The notes under the pieces: generated by a model | Seen by the model: the letters and a program-made list of their open reading frames with translations, nothing else | What the model was told of the DNA's origin: nothing | Databases searched by the model: none | NCBI GenBank assembly: GCA_018304425.1 | Contig: JAGVWE010000002.1 | Span: 224,001-288,000 of the forward strand | Direction of reading: 5' to 3' | DNA from: Candidatus Iainarchaeum sp. | GTDB lineage: Archaea; Iainarchaeota; Iainarchaeia; Iainarchaeales; UBA10219 | DNA length: 64,000 nucleotides | Made by a program: the position numbers and the translations under genes | Shown: positions 49,093-57,892 of the stretch, in pieces | Layout: every line of letters begins with the position of its first letter | How positions within the stretch are numbered: position 1 is the first letter of the stretch

Positions 49093-49320
49093 GTGTATTA
49101 CGAGCGCATCGTGTTGACGTCCCACGCACGGAAGCGATTGCACCGCATCGGGTTCGCCAACGTCTTTGAGCTCGTAAAGCATGGGAAAATCATTAGGAGA
49201 CCGAAAAAAGATGGGGAACCCGGCACCCTGCAAGTAAGCGGCTCCAAACGCACGGTTCTAATGGAATTCGTGCTGTGGAAAAACGAGTTAATCATCAAAA
49301 CGGTCAAGACGAAGGGATAA
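49093..49320 (+). CDS. DUF4258-like putative RNase toxin
   Basis: IVLTSHARKRL...VKHG...IIKTV pattern; toxin-first two-gene unit. Confidence 0.65.
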   Translation: MYYERIVLTSHARKRLHRIGFANVFELVKHGKIIRRPKKDGEPGTLQVSGSKRTVLMEFVLWKNELIIKTVKTKG

Positions 49321-49323
49321 ACC

Positions 49324-49653
49324 ATGAAAAGATACTGTGTGAACTGTGAAAGTGAAACCGAGATGAGGGAACGACTAGAAGACCTGGACGCGGACACGGG
49401 CGTGTTCGTGCGGGCCAGCGTATGCACCCGGTGCGGGGAAAGCTACACGGACGCCCACGAATTCGAGCGCGCGGAAAAAGAATTCAAGGCGAAAAACGTG
49501 TTGGTGTTCGAGAAGAAAATCGTGAAACTCGGCAACTCGCTCGGCCTGTGGCTGCCAAAGGAAATCTCTAAAGCCGCGCGCGTTGGCGAAAACAAGGCAG
49601 TCAGGGTATATGTTGACAACCAACGCAGAATCATTGTGGAAGCGGCGCGATAG
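49324..49653 (+). CDS. Zn-finger (MqsA/YgiT-like) + AbrB-like putative antitoxin
   Basis: CVNC...CTRCGE followed by KIVKLGNSLGLWLPK. Confidence 0.7.
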   Translation: MKRYCVNCESETEMRERLEDLDADTGVFVRASVCTRCGESYTDAHEFERAEKEFKAKNVLVFEKKIVKLGNSLGLWLPKEISKAARVGENKAVRVYVDNQRRIIVEAAR

Positions 49654-49655
49654 AA

Positions 49656-49856
49656 CTAGTTCGCGGCTTTCTTGGCTTGCTTGAATTTCCTGGTCATGAA
49701 GCCCGCGATGAGGTTGCGGTTGGTTTTGGGGAGCGGCAAGCCCAGGGAGTTGAGCAGGGCCTTGTTTTGGTCGAAGCTGTCCGTGACCTTGTCCGGAAAG
49801 TATTTCTGGATTTCCTCTGCCTTTGCCTTGATTCCCTTTGGAACGGCTTTACCCAT
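49656..49856 (-). CDS. rps17e: 30S ribosomal protein S17e
   Basis: MGK...IK...F..NK...RNLIAGFMTR. Confidence 0.9.
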   Translation of the reverse strand: MGKAVPKGIKAKAEEIQKYFPDKVTDSFDQNKALLNSLGLPLPKTNRNLIAGFMTRKFKQAKKAAN

Positions 49857-49866
49857 ATGCATTCCC

Positions 49867-50073
49867 TCAGAATACTTCTATACGCGTAATCAAGCCGTCC
49901 GGGAATTCCCGCAAAACGGCGAGCGGCAGCACCTGTTCCTGGAGTTCAAGCCGGGCAATGTCCAAGGCCGTTGAATATTTGGGGGCCTTGACCAGTACCG
50001 GCGCGCCCAAAGACAATTGGAGGGCACGCGCGGAAATCAACCGGGTGCGTTCGAATCGCGTGAGTGCTTCCAT
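49867..50073 (-). CDS. rpoK: RNA polymerase subunit K (Rpo6)
   Basis: TRFERTRLISARALQLSLGAP. Confidence 0.95.
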   Translation of the reverse strand: MEALTRFERTRLISARALQLSLGAPVLVKAPKYSTALDIARLELQEQVLPLAVLREFPDGLITRIEVF

Positions 50074-50174
50074 GCCAACCACGAAAAAGGAGACCCCCTA
50101 ATGGAGGCTCTAATTACTTGCCACCGCAAACGTTTAATAAGGTATTGCCGGGCGGGCCAGGGTGGGGCCTGGCT

Positions 50175-51719
50175 TCAGGGCCGGGAGACCCCGAACCCGT
50201 GGTTTAACTCCAGGGCCGGGAGGGGCAAGCGGTGTTGCAGGGAGAAGTCTTTGACCAAGGCCCAGGGGCTTTCATGGCAGAAGAAGGCCCTCGAATGCCG
50301 GGAACCCAGCCATTTGCCGCCGCGGGCCAACGCAAATTCCTTGAACTGGTTAATGGCAAGGGCTTGAATGGCTTCCAGGGAAGCGGCCAGGGCCTCGAAG
50401 TAGAAGGCCGAGCGCTTGTCCGTTAACTGCCGGGGGATGCCGGCCAAGAGGTCGGACAGGCAGCTCCTTGCCTGGCTCAAGTAATAGTAGTCGGGTTTGG
50501 CGGCCAAAGCGGTTTGCGCGGCCAGCTTGTTCTCGGAGAGCGTTTTTTGCTCGAGCCCGGAAAGGGCCTGGGCAAGCGAGGCCTCTAAGCGGGAGAGCCG
50601 CGCGAGTTCCTGGGCGAGGCCGGAAGGGGCACGCGTGCAATGCCATTTCAGGGAAGCCTCTTTTTCGGCCAACATGGCTTTGCCGTGCCGGACGAGTTCG
50701 AAGGCGTCGGGCAGGGGAACGGCGTCCACCTGGTTCCTGGAAAAGGGGCCGATGGGCAGGGTGTGGAGGGAGGACTCGAGCTTGAAGCGCAACCGGTTTT
50801 CCTTGCCAGGCCTGGCGGCATGGAACCGGTTGGCGAAGGCCTCGCTGACGGACTGGAAGTAAAAAAAGTCCGCCTGGAACCGCACGAAGACCAGGGAATC
50901 CGGCAAGAGGTTTTTGGCTGCAATGTTCTCCGGCATGCAGCACGGGCATTGAAGGGTGTCCGGGCCCAGGTTGTAGTGGGCAGGCAACAGGAGTTTGGCC
51001 AGGGTGTTCGAGAAATTGAGCCCACTGGATTCCTCCAGGGAAGACGACCAGGGCCAGGCCTTTTTTTCGGCGGAAAAATCGGGGCCCCGGTTCCTGGTTG
51101 GAAGCCCGGCCCGGAAGAAAGCGTTTTGGAGGAACAGTTCCGCGGCCTGACTGGCGGAGTCCGGTGCCTCGGTTGGGGGAATTGCCAGCAGGTTCGCGTA
51201 CGCGATTTTTTTGGCGAACCCGGCAGCGGTTTCGGTGTGGGCTGCGCTTCGGAGGAGTTCCGAGAGTTCCACGGAAACGGGGCTGGAAAGGAAGTCCAGG
51301 CGCGCGCTCGACAGGCCAGGGGCGGGAATTTTTTCGGGCGCGTCCCGGTCGAGGGCGAACGCGTCAAAGTAACTCCAGTCGCTGGAGAGCAGGAACTGCC
51401 TTTCCGGTTCCAGGGGTTTTGCGTCGTACTGGAACATGGAGTCCAGGAGCCTGGAGAGCTTGACCAGGTCCGAGTGCGTGGACGCCTTCACCTCGGCGGC
51501 GAAGCGGTTCACGGTCTTGAATGAAAACTTGGTGGGGCCATACAAGTCCAGGGCCTGCTGCAAGTGATCGGCAGGCAGTTGCTGGCGGTCCACGTAGAGG
51601 CGGGGGAAGAAGGGAAAGGATTTTGCGGACTGTTGTGCGTCATTCGAGAAGAACACGCGCACCGCACGCCGCTTTTCGTCGTATTTTGCCGAAGCTAGGG
51701 CAAGGGCATTGGGAGCCAT
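50175..51719 (-). CDS. Catalytically inactivated family B DNA polymerase-like protein
   Basis: FPFFPRLY N-terminal motif; YNLGPDTLQCPCC matches PolB xNISPDT.xC.CC; motif A/B/C positions are degenerate. Confidence 0.7.
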   Translation of the reverse strand: MAPNALALASAKYDEKRRAVRVFFSNDAQQSAKSFPFFPRLYVDRQQLPADHLQQALDLYGPTKFSFKTVNRFAAEVKASTHSDLVKLSRLLDSMFQYDAKPLEPERQFLLSSDWSYFDAFALDRDAPEKIPAPGLSSARLDFLSSPVSVELSELLRSAAHTETAAGFAKKIAYANLLAIPPTEAPDSASQAAELFLQNAFFRAGLPTRNRGPDFSAEKKAWPWSSSLEESSGLNFSNTLAKLLLPAHYNLGPDTLQCPCCMPENIAAKNLLPDSLVFVRFQADFFYFQSVSEAFANRFHAARPGKENRLRFKLESSLHTLPIGPFSRNQVDAVPLPDAFELVRHGKAMLAEKEASLKWHCTRAPSGLAQELARLSRLEASLAQALSGLEQKTLSENKLAAQTALAAKPDYYYLSQARSCLSDLLAGIPRQLTDKRSAFYFEALAASLEAIQALAINQFKEFALARGGKWLGSRHSRAFFCHESPWALVKDFSLQHRLPLPALELNHGFGVSRP

Positions 51720-51940
51720 GCAAGAAACAGGTTTCCGGGCTTTTTAAAGGCCCTGGAACAGGGTGGATTTCCGGTGCCAAACCGCGCACGCCGGAAAAGC
51801 CCCTGGGCAGGGTGGGAAGGGCGTATAACGAAAAAACGTTTCCGCAGCGGAAAAAAGTAGAACAAGCCCTGAAGAGAATCAGGGCCTGCGCAAATAGGTT
51901 GATGGAAAAAAATGCTGATGACTTTCATCCATGAATTCAG

Positions 51941-51988
51941 TCAGCGCTTTCTCTTGGCTTTCTTCTTAGTAGTCTTTTTCTTTGCCAT
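51941..51988 (-). CDS. 15-aa Lys/Arg-rich micro-protein MAKKKTTKKKAKRKR
   Basis: AGGGGG RBS 6 nt before ATG; TTAAATATAA at 52043-52034; sits in an otherwise empty intergenic region. Confidence 0.55.
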   Translation of the reverse strand: MAKKKTTKKKAKRKR

Positions 51989-52092
51989 GTAAAACCCCCT
52001 TAGCGGTTTAACTACGTGCTATTAAGTGTGTTCTTATATTTAAGCGTTGGCTTTGACGGAAAAACAGCACAAAAAAAATTTTAGCGGAAAAA

Positions 52093-53646
52093 TTACAGGA
52101 ATTCCTCGGCCTCGTCGAGGCGCGCGTCCTTTTTTTCCTCGAAATCGAGCGCTGCCTTTTCGAGCGGCACCTCGTGCCTCGACTCCATGGAAACGCGTTT
52201 GCGCACGCGGAAAAAGACCGGGTAGTTGACGGCCTCGCCGATCATCAGGGCCTCGCCCACGCGAAGCGAGGTAATCATGTCAAGGCTGCGCCGGTCCAAG
52301 CCTTCGGCGGACTTGCCGATGTGGTCCAGGTCATAGGGGTTGGTGACGCGCAGGATGATTTGGGTACCGCACTGGGACAGGGTGGTCGTGTCCAACTGGA
52401 TGGGGCGCTGGCTGATGAGGACCAGGGAGGCCCCGAATTTCCTTCCCTCCCGGGCAATGGTGCGCATGATGCTCCGGGAAATCGCGCCCTCCCGGGAAAC
52501 CTTTTCCGGGATGAACTGGTGCGCTTCCTCGAGGACCAAGGCGAATGGGGGAATTTTCTTGGCGCGGCGGTCGGAAAACATCTTCTGCGCGAAATAAGCC
52601 ACGATGATCTGCTTCTTCCGCAAGTCAATGACCTCGCTCAAGTCGATGACGGTCAGGACTCCAGGTTCGACGATGTCGTAGAGCGAGGGGTTGTCCGTGC
52701 GGTCGAACAAGTGGAGTTCCTCGAGGCTCAGGATCCAGCTCATGAGGACCTTGCGCGTGGCCTCGTTGATTTCCTCGTCCTTCACGATTTCGGCCTGCAG
52801 GGTGGAGAGGTTGAAGGGCTCCATGCCGTTGCGGAGTTCGCGCCGCAACCGGTTCAGGACGCGTTCGAGGTCGCGTTTCTGGGGCGTGCTCAGGCCCGGA
52901 ATGATGTTGGCAATGAGGCCGATGTTGAGTTTCGGGACGCCGATGCGGACATCCCTTGCCTTGACGAGCTTCGTTTGCGTGGAATAATCGGTGAACTCCT
53001 TTTTCGTGGCCTGCTCCGCGAAACTCGTGTACTCGCCGTGCGCGTCCAAGACCACGACGGCCAGCCTGCCCTGTTCTTTCCTCCGGTTCAGGAGTTCCTC
53101 GAAGAGCACGGAGACCAGGTAACTCTTGCCCGCCCCGGACATGGCGAGGATGGCCAGGTGCTTCTGCAGGAGCCTGGAAAGCGGCAACCGGACCAGCAGG
53201 TCATGGAATTCCACGGAGCCCAGGAAGAGTCCGTCCTCGGCAAAGCCCAGGAAGCTCTTCAAGGTGTTGGCATTCGCTATCCGCACCTTGGTGCCGGGAC
53301 TCGGCGGAAAGGTCGGCCGCTTGAGTTGGCTGCCCGCGTAAACCCCCAGCGGCCGCGTCCGTGCAAGAAGATATTCCCATTCGCTGGTCGGGAACTGGTC
53401 GAAGAGCTTTTTGCCCGATGCCTCGAATTCCTTGACGGACTCCGCGCGCTCGAAGTAGCGGTTGGTTTTCACGACGTCGTTGACCAGGGCGACGAGCGTT
53501 CCCTCCGAGTAATCCATTTCCACGAACTGACCGCGGTGCACGACTCCCTCGTTGACGACGAAGTCAACCGAGGAAGGGCTGGGCCCCTCCGGAGTCGAAA
53601 CGATGGTGCCGATGTCTTCTTTGCCGAGGTCTTCTTTCATGTACAT
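52093..53646 (-). CDS. herA: HerA helicase/ATPase
   Basis: HAS barrel, LAMSGAGKS, LEEAHQF, REGRKFG and SQRP. Confidence 0.92.
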   Translation of the reverse strand: MYMKEDLGKEDIGTIVSTPEGPSPSSVDFVVNEGVVHRGQFVEMDYSEGTLVALVNDVVKTNRYFERAESVKEFEASGKKLFDQFPTSEWEYLLARTRPLGVYAGSQLKRPTFPPSPGTKVRIANANTLKSFLGFAEDGLFLGSVEFHDLLVRLPLSRLLQKHLAILAMSGAGKSYLVSVLFEELLNRRKEQGRLAVVVLDAHGEYTSFAEQATKKEFTDYSTQTKLVKARDVRIGVPKLNIGLIANIIPGLSTPQKRDLERVLNRLRRELRNGMEPFNLSTLQAEIVKDEEINEATRKVLMSWILSLEELHLFDRTDNPSLYDIVEPGVLTVIDLSEVIDLRKKQIIVAYFAQKMFSDRRAKKIPPFALVLEEAHQFIPEKVSREGAISRSIMRTIAREGRKFGASLVLISQRPIQLDTTTLSQCGTQIILRVTNPYDLDHIGKSAEGLDRRSLDMITSLRVGEALMIGEAVNYPVFFRVRKRVSMESRHEVPLEKAALDFEEKKDARLDEAEEFL

Positions 53647-53648
53647 CC

Positions 53649-54728
53649 CTAGAATGGCCGGTTCTCACGGCGCATGCGGAGCTTGACGCTCTTGCCGAGC
53701 TTGTCAAAGATCTTGTTGTAAACAATATTTATTTCCTCGGGTTTGAGCCGGGCACGCAAATCCGCCTCGATGAGGACGCTCGGATAGGCGTACTCACGGT
53801 GCAGCGAGGAAAGCGAGTGGACTACCGACGCGATTTGGTCCACGTTCCGGGAAAGCGAGGGACCGCGGCGGATGAATTCCACGCGCAGGGGCCGGTCGTA
53901 GTCGGAGGGCTTCAAATAGAAGGCGTAAATGTTTTTGCTCCATTTTTCGTCGAAGTCCATGAGGATGGGGTGCTCGTCGATGCTCTTGGAGTAGGGGAAG
54001 GCGAGGCTGCGCTCGCCCCTGCGGAGGAGGTGCTCGAGCAGGCCCGAATCGTAGACGTTTTCGAGGCGCGCGGGGTCGAGGACGGGATGCTTGGGCAGCA
54101 CTTCTTCTTGGAGGATTTGCCTGAACCGGCTGCCCCTCGAGTCCTCAACCGTTGCCACCAGCGTGGAACCGCATTGTTCGGCGAGCGCGTAGAGGGACTG
54201 GAAGTGGTCGAGCAGGCCGTGGTAGAGTTCGTTGACCTTGGAGTCCTTGCGGGGCTTGTCCAGGTACTGGGGAATGATGGAACCGTCCAGGAAAAGGAAT
54301 GCGGGGCTGAATTGGGTGAGGAGCTGCTTGGCTGCATTGATTTCCTCGCGGAGGCGGAGCAGGCTCTTCGAGCAACTGAATTCGTCGAAGTCCAGGGCGT
54401 GGTTGGAGAGGTGGGGCAGGGGAAAGTGGTAATAACCCGGGTAATAGGCCGAGTCAACGACTTTGCCATCCGCGTACTCGAATATGACTCCCGCCGCGCG
54501 GATTAACACCAGGTCAATGGAGTGAATGCTTTTCTCGACGAAGCCCGAGTCCACGCCCCCAATTTTCCCGGTCAACAGGAACGGGGACACGGGGTAAACG
54601 AGCTGGTCTTCGTGGAGGCCCAGGCTTTTTCGGGCAAGCGGTTTCAAGGCAGCGGCAATGGATTTCCTGGTTTGCTCGTTGCCGTGGATGCAGGAAACGG
54701 CTTCGTTGATGGCTTCATGGATGAACAT
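53649..54728 (-). CDS. nurA: NurA nuclease
   Basis: GVDSG, FLDGS and YPSVLIEAD; operonic with herA. Confidence 0.9.
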   Translation of the reverse strand: MFIHEAINEAVSCIHGNEQTRKSIAAALKPLARKSLGLHEDQLVYPVSPFLLTGKIGGVDSGFVEKSIHSIDLVLIRAAGVIFEYADGKVVDSAYYPGYYHFPLPHLSNHALDFDEFSCSKSLLRLREEINAAKQLLTQFSPAFLFLDGSIIPQYLDKPRKDSKVNELYHGLLDHFQSLYALAEQCGSTLVATVEDSRGSRFRQILQEEVLPKHPVLDPARLENVYDSGLLEHLLRRGERSLAFPYSKSIDEHPILMDFDEKWSKNIYAFYLKPSDYDRPLRVEFIRRGPSLSRNVDQIASVVHSLSSLHREYAYPSVLIEADLRARLKPEEINIVYNKIFDKLGKSVKLRMRRENRPF

Positions 54729-54929
54729 CAGATGGAATGGGTTTCAAGGCTTTTTAAGGGTTTGGAGACCCCGGATTTCCGCTGCCAACCGGAAAAAGCG
54801 CGGGCACCCAAAAACCAGGAATGCCTTGGAAGGCGCTAAAAGGGGGCAGCCAGGCATTTCTTTATAATTGTTTGTTCTTATTCTATAATAACGGATTGCC
54901 TAAGCAAGGCAATTAAAGGGAGGGTTTGA

Positions 54930-55847
54930 ATGAAGACGAATCTGGCGCAACTTGCGATAACCGCGTTGCTGCTTCTCAGCATTGCCAGCATGGCCTCGGC
55001 CAGGGAATTTGTCCAGACGGACAAGGACATCTGGGGCGGCTTCTGGGCGGTAGTCAACGAGAAACCATATTGTAGAATCTATCAATGGGTGTTCAAGCCA
55101 TACATGGAGGGAACGCTCGCATCGACCTCGATGAAAGCCTTCGGCGAAGAGAACGCCATCAGGTACCGGGGAATCGAGAGCTGCTTTGCCGGCTTGAAAG
55201 GCAACGTGACCACGGCAGAAGTCGTCCGCACCGAGCCAACCTTTGAAGGCGAGCGGAACGCCGAGGAACCGGCGGCGAAAAACTATGAGACCGCGCCCAA
55301 CCGGGAAGCCCGGATGCAGGAAGTCAAGGCCCGCTATTACGGCCGGAGAAACGAAGCCGGCGCGAGAGTGGCCATCCGCAGAGGCGAAATCAAGGGCGAA
55401 TTCATTGCCCCCAACTTCAACTCGCTGGATGATGTCTCCAACTACCGGGACCAGATCATCAACGGAACCTATGCGGCCAGGCCCTGGGTAAGATACTACG
55501 CGCAGAGCTGCAACAAGTATCCCCTGGAAGCCATGGTGGAAGTCGCGAAGACCGGCACCACCAGCTACATGTCCGTAACCGATACCCAGCGCAGCATCCA
55601 CGAGTTCACGACCTGTTTCAAGGAACTCATTGATGACGTGCTCGCTGCCACCGGGCAGACGCAGCTGGTCATCACGCGGGGCGTTACCTCGGGCGTGAAA
55701 GGCGAAGTCTCCATACCGGTTTCAGTGGCTGCAAAGGCAACCAACTATCCACCGGCGTGCACCAAGAAGTACATGATGCGCTGGATAGACCACTGCGTTG
55801 GCACGGGACAGTGCCCGACCGGCATGAAGCAGGCCTGCGGTCTGTGA
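54930..55847 (+). CDS. Secreted Cys-containing protein (paralog A)
   Basis: Signal peptide; GGAGG RBS; homologous to 56661..57464. Confidence 0.75.
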   Translation: MKTNLAQLAITALLLLSIASMASAREFVQTDKDIWGGFWAVVNEKPYCRIYQWVFKPYMEGTLASTSMKAFGEENAIRYRGIESCFAGLKGNVTTAEVVRTEPTFEGERNAEEPAAKNYETAPNREARMQEVKARYYGRRNEAGARVAIRRGEIKGEFIAPNFNSLDDVSNYRDQIINGTYAARPWVRYYAQSCNKYPLEAMVEVAKTGTTSYMSVTDTQRSIHEFTTCFKELIDDVLAATGQTQLVITRGVTSGVKGEVSIPVSVAAKATNYPPACTKKYMMRWIDHCVGTGQCPTGMKQACGL

Positions 55848-55873
55848 ACGGCTAGGGGAGCAAACCCTCCCAT

Positions 55874-55908
55874 GCCCCCTTTTCCGGGGGGGCCTCTTTT
55901 TCTTTTTT
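55874..55908 (+). terminator. Hairpin plus T-tract
   Basis: GCCCCC/GGGGGC stem followed by CTCTTTTTCTTTTTT. Confidence 0.6.
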
Positions 55909-55916
55909 GAACGCGG

Positions 55917-56058
55917 CCAGCCGCCCGGCTAATGGCAAGCCTATGGCCCAGTCGAGCCCCAAAGGAGTCTACCGGCTGACTGGGCAAGGCCTACCGTCCC
56001 ACCGAGCCATCAGCGAGGTGGGACACGTCCACAGACGCCAGCCGGCTGTGGCGGCTGG
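55917..56058 (-). ncRNA. Unidentified ~140-nt four-way-junction RNA candidate
   Basis: Six helical segments pair almost the whole stretch; four positions are G-U on the minus strand but A-C on the plus strand. Confidence 0.55.
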
Positions 56059-56173
56059 TATGGAATCCGAAAAAATGGGCGCATAACCTTGGGAATTCAA
56101 ACCCGCAACCCTTAATATGCGGCCCCGCTTATTTAGTGTGCGCTCCCATGAGGGGCCATTCAGAGGGATAACC

Positions 56174-56551
56174 ATGAAGGCATTGTTTGAAGTCAAGGAA
56201 ATCGTGAACGACTGGGCGCCGCCCTTCCAGAAAAAGGTGTCGCTGGCCGAGTACGTGGTCAACGAGGCCGAGGGTTTCAGCCAATTCGATGGAACCAATG
56301 AAACCGTTTTCCGGCTCCTGACGGTGAGGAACGGCAACGCGTTGGTGGAATACAATAACGCGTTCACCTTGAAGGGACACGAGCACCCCCAGAACCACCA
56401 GGTGTGGGTTTCACGCAACCAACCCATCAGCTTCACGTTCTTGTGGGGCGAAAAGGGTGTGACTAAAACCCTGCTGTTGAAAGACGTCGGGGTCAGCGAA
56501 CAGGTTGCCCAGACAGCCGAGGAAACCGCCGCGGCAACCGGCCCCAACTGA
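56174..56551 (+). CDS. Hypothetical protein
   Basis: GAGGGA RBS; host-like codon usage. Confidence 0.65.
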   Translation: MKALFEVKEIVNDWAPPFQKKVSLAEYVVNEAEGFSQFDGTNETVFRLLTVRNGNALVEYNNAFTLKGHEHPQNHQVWVSRNQPISFTFLWGEKGVTKTLLLKDVGVSEQVAQTAEETAAATGPN

Positions 56552-56660
56552 TTCTCTCCGCTTTGCTGGCTGCCGGGCACGGCACGACATAGATATATAT
56601 AAATAAGGGTGGGAAAAGAATTGGTTTAACGTCTCCTTAGCGGGGCGTGGGGGTAATGAG

Positions 56661-57464
56661 ATGAAGCTTGCACTGTTGTTGGTGGTTGGATTTTTGTTGC
56701 TGGCCTTGGCCGGACAAGCCCTGGCAAGGTCCTCGTTCGAAGAAAAGCAGGTTGTGAACGCCGAGACCTGGAAATACGTCAAGGACCGCATGCAGGCCAT
56801 GCCCAAATGCGCCCTCTGGAGTTCGTTGATCGAGGAAACCGTGGCCTCGGGCAAGGTGCCCAACCTCCGGGAATACCATGCCACGCGAAACTACACCTTT
56901 GAAAAGTGCTTCCCCGACGTGGCCATGAACCTTGGAATAGTGTCGGGCATGGAAGAAAAAGCCAAACCCATTTCCGAGAAAAAGTCTGCCGCCGTGGAAC
57001 GCGACAAGAAAACCCTGGAACGCGTCAACGTGCCCAAGCGGGTGCCGGCCGGCCAGTACGCGGAAGGCCTCACCGAAGCCGAACTGGTCGCGGCCAGGGA
57101 AGCCATTGCGCATGACAACATCAGGGGAGAAAAGTGCAAGCGCATCTCATTCGGTGACCTGGACCGGCTCGCGCGGGGCAACCTCGACGTCCTGATTCCG
57201 GGGCCGAGGTCGCTGAGACCCTTGTTCCTCTACTGCTACAAGGGCGTGGTCGACAAGGTGTTGGCGGCCATGGGCGGAAACGTCGAGGTCATGGCGGGAA
57301 CGACTTCGAGCACCATCCCCGAGATCGTGAAAAAGATCAGCGTTGAAGCCCCAACCATGGCTCCAACGGCAACCGGGGTCTGCGCGAAGTACACGCGCCG
57401 CCAGATAGCGGACGCCTGCAAGTTCAAGCGGGGCGACAAGCGCATCCTGGTAAACTGCTGCTAA
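56661..57464 (+). CDS. Secreted Cys-containing protein (paralog B)
   Basis: Signal peptide; shares F..C(F/Y)K...D.VLAA.G with 54930..55847. Confidence 0.75.
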   Translation: MKLALLLVVGFLLLALAGQALARSSFEEKQVVNAETWKYVKDRMQAMPKCALWSSLIEETVASGKVPNLREYHATRNYTFEKCFPDVAMNLGIVSGMEEKAKPISEKKSAAVERDKKTLERVNVPKRVPAGQYAEGLTEAELVAAREAIAHDNIRGEKCKRISFGDLDRLARGNLDVLIPGPRSLRPLFLYCYKGVVDKVLAAMGGNVEVMAGTTSSTIPEIVKKISVEAPTMAPTATGVCAKYTRRQIADACKFKRGDKRILVNCC

Positions 57465-57471
57465 GGCCTTT

Positions 57472-57502
57472 TGGCGGCGTTTGCCGCCAGCCTTCTTTCT
57501 TT
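57472..57502 (+). terminator. Hairpin plus pyrimidine tract
   Basis: TGGCGGC-GTTT-GCCGCCA followed by GCCTTCTTTCTTT. Confidence 0.5.
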
Positions 57503-57528
57503 CGGATTTTGAGTTGGGGGAAACGGGT

Positions 57529-57879
57529 ATGGAGTACAAGCAGGTCATCGTCGTGCGGGCAGACCTCAAACTGGGCAAGGGCAAGCTCGCGGCACAGGCC
57601 GCGCACGCTTCCCTGGAAGCCTACCGGAAGGCAGAGCAACGGGAAGGGGAAGCCGTGCGGGCCTGGCTGGCCGGCGGCGCCCAGAAAGTCGTGGTGAAAG
57701 TGGGTTCGGAAAAGGAGTTGCTGGAATTGTTTGAAAGCGTGCGGAAACGGTTTCCCGCGGCCCTGATTGTGGACGCGGGGCACACCCAGGTGGAGCCGGG
57801 CACGAAAACCTGCGTGGGCATCGGGCCGGCCGAGGAACGGGAACTCGACAAGTTCACGGCACAGTTGAAGTTATTGTAA
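57529..57879 (+). CDS. pth2: Peptidyl-tRNA hydrolase Pth2
   Basis: KQVIVVRADL, GKLAAQAAHA and DAGHTQ. Confidence 0.95.
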   Translation: MEYKQVIVVRADLKLGKGKLAAQAAHASLEAYRKAEQREGEAVRAWLAGGAQKVVVKVGSEKELLELFESVRKRFPAALIVDAGHTQVEPGTKTCVGIGPAEERELDKFTAQLKLL

Positions 57880-57892
57880 GGGGTTGACGGAC

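Noticed and set aside
51695-51934. ORFs of 77-137 aa between the dead PolB and the micro-ORF
   Set aside because: They overlap promoter and T-rich terminator-like sequence and have no motifs or clear RBS.
55996-56046. Resemblance of the minus-strand GCCGGC...GUCCCAC-CUCGCUG...UGGGAC to the HDV ribozyme
   Set aside because: The P1 3' strand, P1.1, P4 and catalytic J4/2 are not between these segments, so the double pseudoknot cannot form.
17176-57879. Apparent ribosome-rescue cluster (NFACT, CDC48, ABCE1, pelota, Pth2)
   Set aside because: The genes are spread over 40 kb in separate units, which is expected by chance in a small genome rich in informational genes.
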